Assembly: GCA_037141135.1 (NCBI GenBank)
Contig: JBAXDB010000001.1
Span: 9,191-73,190, forward strand
Origin: a bacterium
Lineage (GTDB): Bacteria; Verrucomicrobiota; Kiritimatiellia; CAIKKV01; CAITUY01
DNA: 64,000 bases
Direction of reading: 5' to 3'
Shown here: positions 45,363 through 54,154 of the stretch, one piece after another
Layout of the letters: the number at the start of each line of letters is the position of its first letter
Position numbering within the stretch: position 1 is the stretch's first letter
Program-made: the position numbers and the translations under genes
The notes under the pieces: model-generated
The model's input: the letters and a program-made list of their open reading frames with translations, nothing else
Told to the model about the DNA's origin: nothing
The model's database searches: none

Positions 45363-47399
45363 ATGAAGGACATTGCAGTTAGCGACGTTCGGAATTTTGT
45401 TTTATTGGGTCATACGGCGAGTGGGAAAACGACGTTGGCGGATGCGTTATTATATAAAATGGGCGCCAGTGACAGGCTGGGTTCGGTGGATCAGGGGTCC
45501 AGTCTGGGTGATTACACTGATGAGGAAAAAGCCCGCAAAACAACCATTTATGCAAAGTCTTTCTGTGGCACCTATAAAAGTTCCGATGGCCACAACATGG
45601 ACATTGTTTTCTGTGATACTCCCGGGTATGCCGACTTTTTTGGACAGGTCATTCAGGCGAGTCGTATTGCCGGCGCCGCCCTGATCACCGTGGATGCGCA
45701 TGCCGGTATTCAGATTGGCACCATGAAAGCCTGGAAGCAGGCCTCGACGCTGGATATCCCCCGCGCCATTGTGGTGACGGGACTGGATCGCGAGAATTCG
45801 CCTTTTGATAAGGTCATGGCTGATATCAAGGCGACCTGGGGTGATCGCTGTATTCCCGTTCTGATGCCGCTGCCAGATAACAGCGGGGTGGTGGATGTGT
45901 TGGCGGCGACCAATGTGCCGGACGAGGTCAGTGAGGCATTAACGGAGGCCAAGAACGCCCTGGTGGAAATGGCCGCGGAGACGGATGACACCCTGATCGA
46001 GAAATATCTTGCAGGTCAACCTTTGTCCGCCCGGGAAATTGCCGATGGCTTGCGGCATGCCGTGTTCGATCGCAAATTGGTTCCGGTATTTGCCTGCATG
46101 GCCCTTAAGAACATCGGGGTGGGTGAACTGCTGGATGGAATTGCCCGTTTCTTTCCATCTCCTGCTGATCGTCCTGTGAAGGATGCCGACGGCAAAGCCA
46201 TTGATACGGCTCCCACCGCCCCGTTTGTCGGTTATGTCTGGCGTACGGTTAATGATCCCTTCATTGGCCACATGAGTTTCGTCTATGTCTGTGGGGGGAC
46301 GTTGAAACCCGACATGGAAGTGATGAATATCAACAAGGATCAAAAGGAACGTGTAGTCCAGTTTGTATCGTTGAACGGCAAGAAGCAGACGCCGATCACC
46401 GAGGCGGAAGCTGGTGATATCGTGGCGATTTCAAAGCTGAAGGTCACGACTCTTGGCGATGCGCTTTGTCAGGCTCCGGCGAAGAGCACCTTCGCCCCGT
46501 TTTCCTTTCCAAATCCTGTGATGTGGTATGCCGTGGCAGCCAAAACACAAGGGGATGAGGACAAGATCGGTACCGCCTTGCATAAACTGGCGGAAGATGA
46601 TCCCACGATTCATGTGGAGCGCCATGCAGACACCCATGAGACGATTATTGCTGGAATGGGTGATACCCATCTGGCGGTGGCCGTGGAGCGCATGAAGAAG
46701 CGGAACAATGTCGAAGTGACCATGAGCACGCCGAAGGTGGCTTATAAAGAAACGGTGACCGGACGCGGCGAAGGGCATTACAAGCACAAGAAGCAGTCTG
46801 GCGGGCGCGGTCAGTATGGTGAGGTTTACCTGAAGGTCGAGCCGCTTCTGGAGGGGGATGAAGATATTTTTGTGGATGCGCTTGTCGGTGGGTCGATTCC
46901 CCATAATTTCGTGCCGGCCGTTCATAAGGGTGTGGTTGATGGGATGACGAAGGGCTCGCTGGCTGGGTGCCCGGTGGTCCGGATTAAATCCACCGTTTAT
47001 GACGGATCCTACCATGATGTTGATTCCTCGGAAGTGGCATTTAAGATTGCCGCCGGCCGTGCGTTCCGTGAGGCGATGAGTAAAGCCAAGCCTGTCCTGC
47101 TGGAGCCGATCATGTCGGTAAAGATTACGATCCCCGACCACTTTATGGGGGACATCAACGGAGATATGAGCCATCGGCGCGGTCGGATTGTGGGGATGGA
47201 TGCAGGGGATGGCCTGCAGGTTATCACGGCCGATATTCCCCAGTCGGAACTGTTCAATTATTGTGCCGAACTGCGCAGTATGACCGGGGGCCGGGGTTCG
47301 TTTGAGATGGCATTTGCGAGGTATGATGTCGTGCCGGCTTCGGTGGCCCAGAAGATTATTGCGGCCGCTGCCAAGAATAAAGAAGAGGAGCAGGATTAA
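45363..47399 (+). CDS. elongation factor G family protein, divergent paralog (His-to-Tyr change in G3, NKxD replaced by TGLD)
   Basis: It has full EF-G architecture at 678 aa. G1 is GHTASGKTT and G3 is DTPGYADF (canonical DTPGHVDF). G4 is VVTGLDR (canonical VNKMDR). The domain IV loop SYHDVDSSE is conserved. Confidence 0.8.
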   Translation: MKDIAVSDVRNFVLLGHTASGKTTLADALLYKMGASDRLGSVDQGSSLGDYTDEEKARKTTIYAKSFCGTYKSSDGHNMDIVFCDTPGYADFFGQVIQASRIAGAALITVDAHAGIQIGTMKAWKQASTLDIPRAIVVTGLDRENSPFDKVMADIKATWGDRCIPVLMPLPDNSGVVDVLAATNVPDEVSEALTEAKNALVEMAAETDDTLIEKYLAGQPLSAREIADGLRHAVFDRKLVPVFACMALKNIGVGELLDGIARFFPSPADRPVKDADGKAIDTAPTAPFVGYVWRTVNDPFIGHMSFVYVCGGTLKPDMEVMNINKDQKERVVQFVSLNGKKQTPITEAEAGDIVAISKLKVTTLGDALCQAPAKSTFAPFSFPNPVMWYAVAAKTQGDEDKIGTALHKLAEDDPTIHVERHADTHETIIAGMGDTHLAVAVERMKKRNNVEVTMSTPKVAYKETVTGRGEGHYKHKKQSGGRGQYGEVYLKVEPLLEGDEDIFVDALVGGSIPHNFVPAVHKGVVDGMTKGSLAGCPVVRIKSTVYDGSYHDVDSSEVAFKIAAGRAFREAMSKAKPVLLEPIMSVKITIPDHFMGDINGDMSHRRGRIVGMDAGDGLQVITADIPQSELFNYCAELRSMTGGRGSFEMAFARYDVVPASVAQKIIAAAAKNKEEEQD

Positions 47400-47408
47400 G
47401 TCCAGCTG

Positions 47409-48317
47409 GTGAATCCCTTTGTTGCATCCATGACGCGTTGTGAGTTGTGTCCCAGGCGATGCGGGGTCAACCGGGCGGAAGGACAGTTGGGGTATTGCCA
47501 GGCGGGTGGGACGGTTGAGGTCTATCGATACGGGTTACATCACGGTGAAGAGCCGCCGGTCTCGGGGGTGAGAGGCTCCGGGACGGTGTTTTTCAGCCGT
47601 TGTACGTTAAGTTGTTTGTACTGTCAGAATTATCCCTGGAGCCAGGAGGGACAGGGCCGGGCGGTGACGGTGGATGAGATGGCGGAAATGCTGAGGTCAC
47701 TGTGCCGGGATGGGTGTCATAATTGGAACCTGGTGAGCCCGACGCCCTGGTTGCCATGGATTCATGAGGCCTGGAGCCGGGTGGTTGCGGATGGACTCTC
47801 GCGGCCAATCGTGTATAACACGAGCGGATTTGAGAGGGTTGAGCAGCTGCGTGCGCTGGCTGGCTGGGTAAATGTCTATTTGACGGATTTGAGGTATGCG
47901 CAGGATACGTCGGCGAAGGCCGGTTCAGATTGTGCCGGTTATGTCGAGGCGGCGCGGGCGGCGCTGTTGGAAATGTGGAGCCAGACGGGCCCGTTGAAAA
48001 TGGATGAGGAGGGCGTGGCGGAACAAGGGACGATTTGCCGGTTGCTGGTGTTGCCGGGACGCGCCGCTGAGGCGGTGGCCAATCTGGAATGGTTGGCGGC
48101 AGCCGTGGGGACGGAGATCCCAGTGAGTGTCATGGCCCAGTATACGCCGGCATACAAGGCTCTGAATGAGGCGCCGTGGGATCGACGCCCGACACAGGAT
48201 GAGTACGGGGATGTGGTTGAGGCAATGGAGCGGTTGGGATTTTCTGAAGGTTGGATTCAGGAATATGAAACCCCGTCGCAGGACAGTTTGGTTGGATTCA
48301 AGATGAGCCCGGGTTAA
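47409..48317 (+). CDS. radical SAM protein, PflA-like; N-terminal CxLCPxxC(x9)GxC plus CTLSCLYCQN pattern resembles AmmeMemoRadiSam-system radical SAM enzymes
   Basis: TRCELCPRRCGVNRAEGQLGYCQ precedes the CxxxCxxC motif. It starts 10 nt after the EF-G paralog stop (GTG start). Confidence 0.55.
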   Translation: MNPFVASMTRCELCPRRCGVNRAEGQLGYCQAGGTVEVYRYGLHHGEEPPVSGVRGSGTVFFSRCTLSCLYCQNYPWSQEGQGRAVTVDEMAEMLRSLCRDGCHNWNLVSPTPWLPWIHEAWSRVVADGLSRPIVYNTSGFERVEQLRALAGWVNVYLTDLRYAQDTSAKAGSDCAGYVEAARAALLEMWSQTGPLKMDEEGVAEQGTICRLLVLPGRAAEAVANLEWLAAAVGTEIPVSVMAQYTPAYKALNEAPWDRRPTQDEYGDVVEAMERLGFSEGWIQEYETPSQDSLVGFKMSPG

Positions 48318-48354
48318 TCGGGTTTGATTAAATATCAGGAAAGCGAGGAATGAG

Positions 48355-49113
48355 ATGAGCGGTCATAGTAAGTGGAAGACAATTCAGCACAAGAAGGGCG
48401 CGGCGGATGCCAAGCGTGGTAAGATTTTCAGCAAGATGGCGAAGGAATTGATGGTTGTGGCCAAGGCCGGAGGCGGGAGCCCCGATACCAATGCCGCCCT
48501 GCGCAACCTGATCGTCCGATGCAAGGCAGCCAGTATGCCCAATGAAAACATTGACCGTGCCATCAAGAAGGGTACCGGTGAATTGGCGGCGGAAATCATG
48601 GAGGACATCACCTACGAAGGTTTTGCCGCCGGCGGCGTCGGGGTGGTGGTCAAGGTGTTGACTGATAATAAAAATCGGGCAGCGGCAGAACTGCGTCACA
48701 TTTTCTCCAAGAACGGCTCGAGCCTTGCGGCGCCGGGTTCGGTGTCACGCGGCTTCAAGCGGCGTGGCCAGATTTTCGTGGATGCGAAGACCATTGAGGA
48801 GGACAAGTTGATGGATATCGTCCTGAACGCCGGTGCGGATGACATGAGCCAGGATGGCGAGCAGTTTGAGATTCTCACCGATCCCAATGCGTTTCAAGTG
48901 GTTCTGGACGCCCTTGAGAAGGCTGGCGTAAAAACTTCCGAGGATTCAGCCATCCGACTTGTGCCCGAGACATATGTGTCCATTACCGACAAAACCGTGG
49001 CCAAGGCGGTTATGAAGTTTGTGGAGACGCTGGAAGATAATGATGATGTACAGGACGTGTACACCAACATGGATATGGACGACAGCGTTCTGGCACTGAT
49101 CTCAGCGGAATAA
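48355..49113 (+). CDS. yebC: YebC/PmpR family DNA-binding transcriptional regulator
   Basis: MSGHSKWKTIQHKKGAADAKRGKIFSK is the hallmark N-terminus. Confidence 0.9.
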   Translation: MSGHSKWKTIQHKKGAADAKRGKIFSKMAKELMVVAKAGGGSPDTNAALRNLIVRCKAASMPNENIDRAIKKGTGELAAEIMEDITYEGFAAGGVGVVVKVLTDNKNRAAAELRHIFSKNGSSLAAPGSVSRGFKRRGQIFVDAKTIEEDKLMDIVLNAGADDMSQDGEQFEILTDPNAFQVVLDALEKAGVKTSEDSAIRLVPETYVSITDKTVAKAVMKFVETLEDNDDVQDVYTNMDMDDSVLALISAE

Positions 49114-49610
49114 TGCGCGTTCTCGGGATAGATACCTCGTTACGTTCAACTGGCGTGGGCGTGGTGGAGTCCTGTGCCGGCAAAATGGTGGCGATCGAGT
49201 ACGGTCGGATTCACAATGCCGACCGTCTTTCTTTGTCGGAGTGTCTCCGGCGGATTGATGGCGGGATCCGCGAGATGATCGCGCGGACGAAGCCGGAGTT
49301 GGCGGCCATAGAGGATATCTTTTTCGCCAAAAACGCCCGGACGGCCATGGTGCTTGGTGAAGCCCGGGGCGTGGTGATTGCCGTGTGCGCAACCTCCGGG
49401 ATTCCGGTGTACGAATATGCGCCGCGCCGGGTCAAGCAGTCTGTCACCGGGATTGGATCCGCCGACAAATTGCAGGTGCGTAAAATGACCATGGTGGTTC
49501 TGGGTTTGAAAGAAGAGCCGCAGGAGGATGCCGGGGATGCATTGGCGATCGCCCTGTGCCATCTCAACAGCCGGAATCCAATCGCTGAACTGGCCCCGAA
49601 ACCAATCTAG
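49113..49610 (+). CDS. ruvC: crossover junction endodeoxyribonuclease RuvC
   Basis: MRVLGIDTSLRSTGVGVVE is present, together with the acidic catalytic residues. It is coupled to yebC (ATGA-type overlap). Confidence 0.9.
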   Translation: MRVLGIDTSLRSTGVGVVESCAGKMVAIEYGRIHNADRLSLSECLRRIDGGIREMIARTKPELAAIEDIFFAKNARTAMVLGEARGVVIAVCATSGIPVYEYAPRRVKQSVTGIGSADKLQVRKMTMVVLGLKEEPQEDAGDALAIALCHLNSRNPIAELAPKPI

Positions 49611-49638
49611 GATTGGCGACAACCGCGAGGGACTATTT

Positions 49639-50232
49639 ATGATTACATTCCTTGAGGGAATTCTTGACGAGAAAGAACCTACACACGTCGTGCTTAATGT
49701 TGGCGGGGTGGGGTATGAAGTGGTGATTTCCCTGAACAGTTATGATCGTCTGCCAGCGCCGGGTGAAAAGGTGCGGTTGTTGACCCATGATCACATCCGG
49801 GAAGATGAGCATAGGCTGTTCGGGTTCATGACGGCGGATGAACGGCGGGTGTTCACCCTGTTGCTGGGGGTGTCCGGTATAGGGCCCAAGATTGCTCTCT
49901 CCGCGCTCAGCGGAATGACAGTCCGTGAAATCAAGGTGGCTATCAAGGATGGCGATGTGAAGAGGCTTAGCTCCATTTCCGGGATAGGCAAAAAGACGGC
50001 CGAACGCATGGTCATCGAACTACGTGACAAATTCGGTGCCGGAGAAATCCTGGCGGCCTCAACCACGGGGCAGTCCGAAACGGATGTCAAATTGCGTGAC
50101 GCGATTCTGGCGCTGATTTCACTGGGTTACAAACGCACTGAGGCCCAGGAACTGGTGCTGCGGGTTATCAATCAGCCCAACATGGCGGGTGCGACAGTTG
50201 AAGACATTGTGAGAAAATCTCTGGCAGGGTAA
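49639..50232 (+). CDS. ruvA: Holliday junction DNA helicase subunit RuvA
   Basis: MITFLEGIL...VLNVGGVGYEV is present, with HhH motifs (GIGPKIA, GIGKKTAERMV). The ATG at 49639 is preferred over the ORF-track start at 49528. Confidence 0.9.
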   Translation: MITFLEGILDEKEPTHVVLNVGGVGYEVVISLNSYDRLPAPGEKVRLLTHDHIREDEHRLFGFMTADERRVFTLLLGVSGIGPKIALSALSGMTVREIKVAIKDGDVKRLSSISGIGKKTAERMVIELRDKFGAGEILAASTTGQSETDVKLRDAILALISLGYKRTEAQELVLRVINQPNMAGATVEDIVRKSLAG

Positions 50233-50257
50233 ATGAAAAACTAAACAGGAGAAAAAT

Positions 50258-50794
50258 ATGGCAGAACTAAAGGGATCGAAGACGGAAAAGAATTTGCAGG
50301 ACGCATTTGCTGGTGAATCCCAGGCCCGCAACAAGTACTCCTATTTCGCCTCGACGGCGAAGAAGGAAGGCTATGAGCAGATCGCGGCGATTTTCCTGGA
50401 AACAGCCGAACAGGAAAAGACGCATGCCAAATTGCATTTTAAGGCCTTGAGTGGCATTGGGGACACGCTTGCGAATTTGAAGGCGGCGGCAGGGGGTGAG
50501 CATGAGGAGTGGACGGAAATGTATCCTCGCATGGCCAGGGAAGCCCGCGCGGAAGGTTTTGACGAGATTGCCCGGCTATTTGAAGGGATTGCCAAGATTG
50601 AGAAGGAGCACGAGGAACGTTATAAAGCCCTGCTGAAGAACTTGGAAGAGGGCAAAGTGTTCAAGAAGGATGTTAAGGTCAAATGGCGTTGCCGTGAGTG
50701 TGGCTTTGTCTACGAAGGAACCAACGCCTTGTCAAAGTGCCCGGTTTGTGAGCATCCGCAAGCCTTTTTCGAGATCACCCCGGCAAATTATTGA
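50258..50794 (+). CDS. rbr: rubrerythrin (diiron ferritin-like domain plus C-terminal rubredoxin-like CxxC...CxxC domain)
   Basis: EAQEKTHAK and the ExxH diiron motifs are present, with the C-terminal CRECGFVYEG...CPVCEHP. Confidence 0.9.
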   Translation: MAELKGSKTEKNLQDAFAGESQARNKYSYFASTAKKEGYEQIAAIFLETAEQEKTHAKLHFKALSGIGDTLANLKAAAGGEHEEWTEMYPRMAREARAEGFDEIARLFEGIAKIEKEHEERYKALLKNLEEGKVFKKDVKVKWRCRECGFVYEGTNALSKCPVCEHPQAFFEITPANY

Positions 50795-50833
50795 TCGATC
50801 TGAATAAATCCTGCGTCTCATTCGTCTAAATTC

Positions 50834-51436
50834 ATGGAGGCAATTGTTTCAATCGAGCTTCTTGAACGTGCCAGGAAGGGCGATATGGACGCTTTTCTGG
50901 CATTGTTCGAGGAGTCACGTGCAACGATTCATGCGGTGGCGTGGCGGTTGGTTGGGCCGGATGAAGCTGAAGATGTTGTGATGGAAACCTATCTGCGGGC
51001 CTGGAAGTCGGTCCCCGGCTTCACAGGGCGGTCCAGTGTAAGGACATGGTTGTGCAGGATTGCGCATAACTGCTCGGTGGACTGGTTAAGGAAACGGCGC
51101 CATGTGGTTCAGCCGCAAGACTTTGGAGAGGATGATGAGTCGGGGACTGGGGGCGGTGAGGGGGGGCAATTTGCTGATACCAGCCAGCGTGCCCCTTCCG
51201 AGGTTATGGCAGGAGCTGAATTGCAGGTTGCGATTGATTCGGCCTTGGAAACAGTCTCTCCCGAGCATCGTGTGGTGTTATTATTGAGATTTTCGGATGG
51301 TTTGAGTTACTCCGAAATTGCGGAGGCCACCGGGGTATCGATCGGTACTGTCATGTCCAGGCTGTTTAATGGGCGACGTAAACTTATTAAGGCACTTGCG
51401 AACCTTGGCATAAAGACGTCAGGAGGGTGGCTATGA
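50834..51436 (+). CDS. RNA polymerase sigma-70 factor, ECF subfamily
   Basis: Region 2 (VVMETYLRAWKS) and region 4 HTH (LSYSEIAEATGVSIGTVMSRL) are present. Confidence 0.85.
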   Translation: MEAIVSIELLERARKGDMDAFLALFEESRATIHAVAWRLVGPDEAEDVVMETYLRAWKSVPGFTGRSSVRTWLCRIAHNCSVDWLRKRRHVVQPQDFGEDDESGTGGGEGGQFADTSQRAPSEVMAGAELQVAIDSALETVSPEHRVVLLLRFSDGLSYSEIAEATGVSIGTVMSRLFNGRRKLIKALANLGIKTSGGWL

Positions 51437-51804
51437 ACAAAGGCACATGGCTAGAAATTGAGGCAGGCTTGATACGCCGGAAAACGCCGGCGATGCGAAG
51501 CGCGGTTGAATCGTTTCAGCAGGACTTCAAGGCGCGCGCCACTTTTATTCGGCAGGAAACTGTAGCTGAGACAGCGCTGTCATGGTTCCCAGTTTTGAAC
51601 TGGCGTTATGTGGTTCCCGCGGCAGCGGCGCTACTGATTGCAGGGCTTGTGATGTGGCCTTCTCCAACCGCTCTGGTTACCCAGATTAAGTCGTTGCAAG
51701 TGTTTTCACCCCACAGCTCTGTGATTATTATGGTGGATGAGAAAGAGCCCGGAACGGTGGTTTGGGTGACTGATTTGGAGTCCGGCGATGGGAATGCGGG
51801 ATAA
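51427..51804 (+). CDS. putative single-pass anti-sigma factor
   Basis: It overlaps the sigma-factor 3' end, at 125 aa, with a central TM helix (VVPAAAALLIAGLVMW). Confidence 0.5.
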   Translation: MAMNKGTWLEIEAGLIRRKTPAMRSAVESFQQDFKARATFIRQETVAETALSWFPVLNWRYVVPAAAALLIAGLVMWPSPTALVTQIKSLQVFSPHSSVIIMVDEKEPGTVVWVTDLESGDGNAG

Positions 51805-51807
51805 GAC

Positions 51808-52218
51808 ATGAATGTTAACCTTAAAATAATCTTGTTCCTTGGCATGATGTTAAGTGCGGGAGTAGCTTTTGCGGGTTCAACCTTGAGCATCAGGTTGGTT
51901 GAAGCCAGTAATGCCGGCCAGGGGATGGGTACCGGATTAGGTGATGTTGCGCACTTGCTACAGAATAATCTGCCCTATAAAACATTTCAATTGCTGGCGA
52001 GTCGTTCCATGTCGTTGCCGGCAAGTAGTGCGGCTTCATTAAGCGCCGGAATTGTCGCCCGTTGTTCTGGCGGGCAGGATAACATGCATGTGATTCTTGA
52101 ACGCGGTGGCAAAAAAATCATGCAGACCACCGTTGAACTCCGTGATGGAACCCCTTTAATCATTGGCGGGATTTCGTCCGGGCAGGGGAAGTTGATTGTC
52201 GTGCTGCTTGCGAAATGA
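51808..52218 (+). CDS. secreted hypothetical protein (signal peptide), third gene of the ECF operon
   Basis: MNVNLKIILFLGMMLSAGVAFAG is a signal peptide. No domain is recognised. Confidence 0.5.
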   Translation: MNVNLKIILFLGMMLSAGVAFAGSTLSIRLVEASNAGQGMGTGLGDVAHLLQNNLPYKTFQLLASRSMSLPASSAASLSAGIVARCSGGQDNMHVILERGGKKIMQTTVELRDGTPLIIGGISSGQGKLIVVLLAK

Positions 52219-52221
52219 AAG

Positions 52222-52350
52222 CAGTATTCAGAATTCAGGTCGAAACTTTTCCCTCGCCCCTTGAGGGAGAGGGTTAGGGTGAGGGGTTTCCATAGTCAGA
52301 ATCCAGAATGTCCACCATTCGGAATCCTGACTACTGATGACTGAATCCTG
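52222..52350. repeat. composite intergenic repeat between convergent genes: CAG-heptamers (gcagtat tcagaat tcaggtc), a REP-like unit (52251..52287), then inverted heptamers (actactg atgactg aatcctg)
   Basis: Direct reading. The architecture mirrors the 3076..3181 element, with a REP unit inserted in the loop. Confidence 0.6.
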
Positions 52351-52355
52351 ATTTC

Positions 52356-52817
52356 TTAGAATCCGTACGCGACTTTCAATTGATCTTCAGTAGGCAATGC
52401 CGGGTAATACTCGCCTCGTGGCCCGACATATTGATTGCCCAAGCGCCGCATGGTCACCGGAGTATACGAGCCATTGGAGTTTTTTACATTAATGACCGTC
52501 GTGTTGGCGGCTTCGTTGGCAGCGCCGATTTGAGCGTTCATGGCGCCCATTTGAGCGTTCGATTTATCTGTTTGGTGTCCCATAGCCCCGCCCATCAGTC
52601 CGCCCAGCGCCGCGCCAGCAACCATGCCTTCACGGTTGCCGAATGCGCCGTGACTATTATTGCCTATGATACCGCCAGCGATGGCTCCTAAAGCTGCGCC
52701 AATTGCCGCTTGATTAAAAGTTGAAGGATTCTCCTGATATTGAGGAGTGGAACATCCCACCATGACGAGCCCAGCCATTGCGATGCCTGCCGATTTGAGA
52801 ATCATTGTCTTTTTCAT
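52356..52817 (-). CDS. glycine-zipper-containing lipoprotein (lipobox LVMVGC; 17-kDa-antigen-like)
   Basis: A signal peptide plus lipobox is followed by a Gly-rich GxxxG zipper (AIGAALGAIAGGIIG...GAALGGLMGGAMG). Confidence 0.65.
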   Translation of the reverse strand: MKKTMILKSAGIAMAGLVMVGCSTPQYQENPSTFNQAAIGAALGAIAGGIIGNNSHGAFGNREGMVAGAALGGLMGGAMGHQTDKSNAQMGAMNAQIGAANEAANTTVINVKNSNGSYTPVTMRRLGNQYVGPRGEYYPALPTEDQLKVAYGF

Positions 52818-53025
52818 ATCAATCTCCCTTTAGTGAATCTTTTCATCATTAAGTCTGGTCTTTTTTATACCATGACCGTTTATATTCGTATAGACGGAAG
52901 TGATCGCTTTTTTATTCATTGATTGTAATAATCCTGGTAGTCAGAATGTTGGTATTAAACAACATGAATAATAATAAAATAACAATGCAATAAATGATGG
53001 GTTTGACACGTTATACATATCAACA

Positions 53026-54141
53026 ATGCAGATGCAAAATCAGCCCAGGATTGAAAAAAAAACGCTCATTTGCGGTCAGGCGGAATTAGTCGCCTCCAAA
53101 CTGTTTTTGCCAGCTCGTACCGAGCACGTGATTACGGCTTGTGGCCATGATGGTGTGGCATTGGAGCAGTTGCTGCACGACGAAATGATGGCTGAAGAAG
53201 CGCAGCCTGTCAGCCGGTTAATTTTTGGAGGGGGCCGTTACTATGAGGCGTTGGGCGAGGCCTATTTACGGGAGGACGGCTGTCTTCTGCGGCTAAAAGA
53301 GGCAACCTGTAGTGACGGCCAAATGTGCGCCATGCAGGCCACGGCCATTTCGGGGACATCATTGTTTCCATTGCGTCAGAAAGGGCGCAACATAGGCGTG
53401 ATTTATGAAGATGAGTGTGCCCGCTATTGTCGCTTAACGGGGGTTATTCCTCTTGTTATGACCGCCTCGCGGGAAGAGCAGACACTTGCCGTTTTTGAGA
53501 TGCTGGATTGGATTCTTACGACCAATGGGTTCTGCTTTACGGACACCATTCGCACCTGGTTCTATCTTGATCATTTGCTGGACTGGTATAAGGAGTTTAA
53601 TGATGTCCGGACTCGTTTTTTTGAAGTGCGAGGAGTCTTTAACAAACTTGTGCCGGCCAGTACGGGCATCGGGGCGGCCAATCCCTGGGGGGCGGCCTTG
53701 ACCTGCGATCTGCTCGCCATTCAACCGAGGACGGCGGATGTTTCCATTGAAGTTGCGTCTTCGCCCCTGCAGGACTCGGCTCTCAGATATGCCAGTTCTT
53801 TCAGCCGTGCCGTTGAAGTTCGCATGCCATCGCACCGCAGCCTGCTGATATCAGGAACCGCGAGTATTGATGCTGAGGGTAAAACACAATTTGCGGGTGA
53901 TCATACCCGCCAGATCGAGCGGACCCTTGAGGTCGTGACGGCCCTCCTTGAATCCCGCAACATGGCTTGGAAGGATGTGAACCGGGGAATCGCTTATTTT
54001 AAGGATATGGAAGATCGATCGATTTTCGATGCCATTTGCCGAACTTATGGTATACAACTATTCCCGTTGGCGTTGTCGCAGGCGGATGTGTGTCGACATG
54101 ACCTGCTGTTTGAACTGGAAGTTGATGCCGTCAAAATATAG
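53026..54141 (+). CDS. tandem RidA/YjgF-fold protein, possibly chorismatase (FkbO/Hyg5/XanB2-like)
   Basis: It is about 370 aa, with two YjgF-like halves. The C-terminus HDLLFELEVDAVKI matches RidA-type ends. Confidence 0.4.
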   Translation: MQMQNQPRIEKKTLICGQAELVASKLFLPARTEHVITACGHDGVALEQLLHDEMMAEEAQPVSRLIFGGGRYYEALGEAYLREDGCLLRLKEATCSDGQMCAMQATAISGTSLFPLRQKGRNIGVIYEDECARYCRLTGVIPLVMTASREEQTLAVFEMLDWILTTNGFCFTDTIRTWFYLDHLLDWYKEFNDVRTRFFEVRGVFNKLVPASTGIGAANPWGAALTCDLLAIQPRTADVSIEVASSPLQDSALRYASSFSRAVEVRMPSHRSLLISGTASIDAEGKTQFAGDHTRQIERTLEVVTALLESRNMAWKDVNRGIAYFKDMEDRSIFDAICRTYGIQLFPLALSQADVCRHDLLFELEVDAVKI

Positions 54142-54154
54142 GAAAAAAGATATT

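Noticed and set aside
46431-47174. 247-aa minus-strand ORF
   Set aside because: It is antisense to the EF-G paralog.
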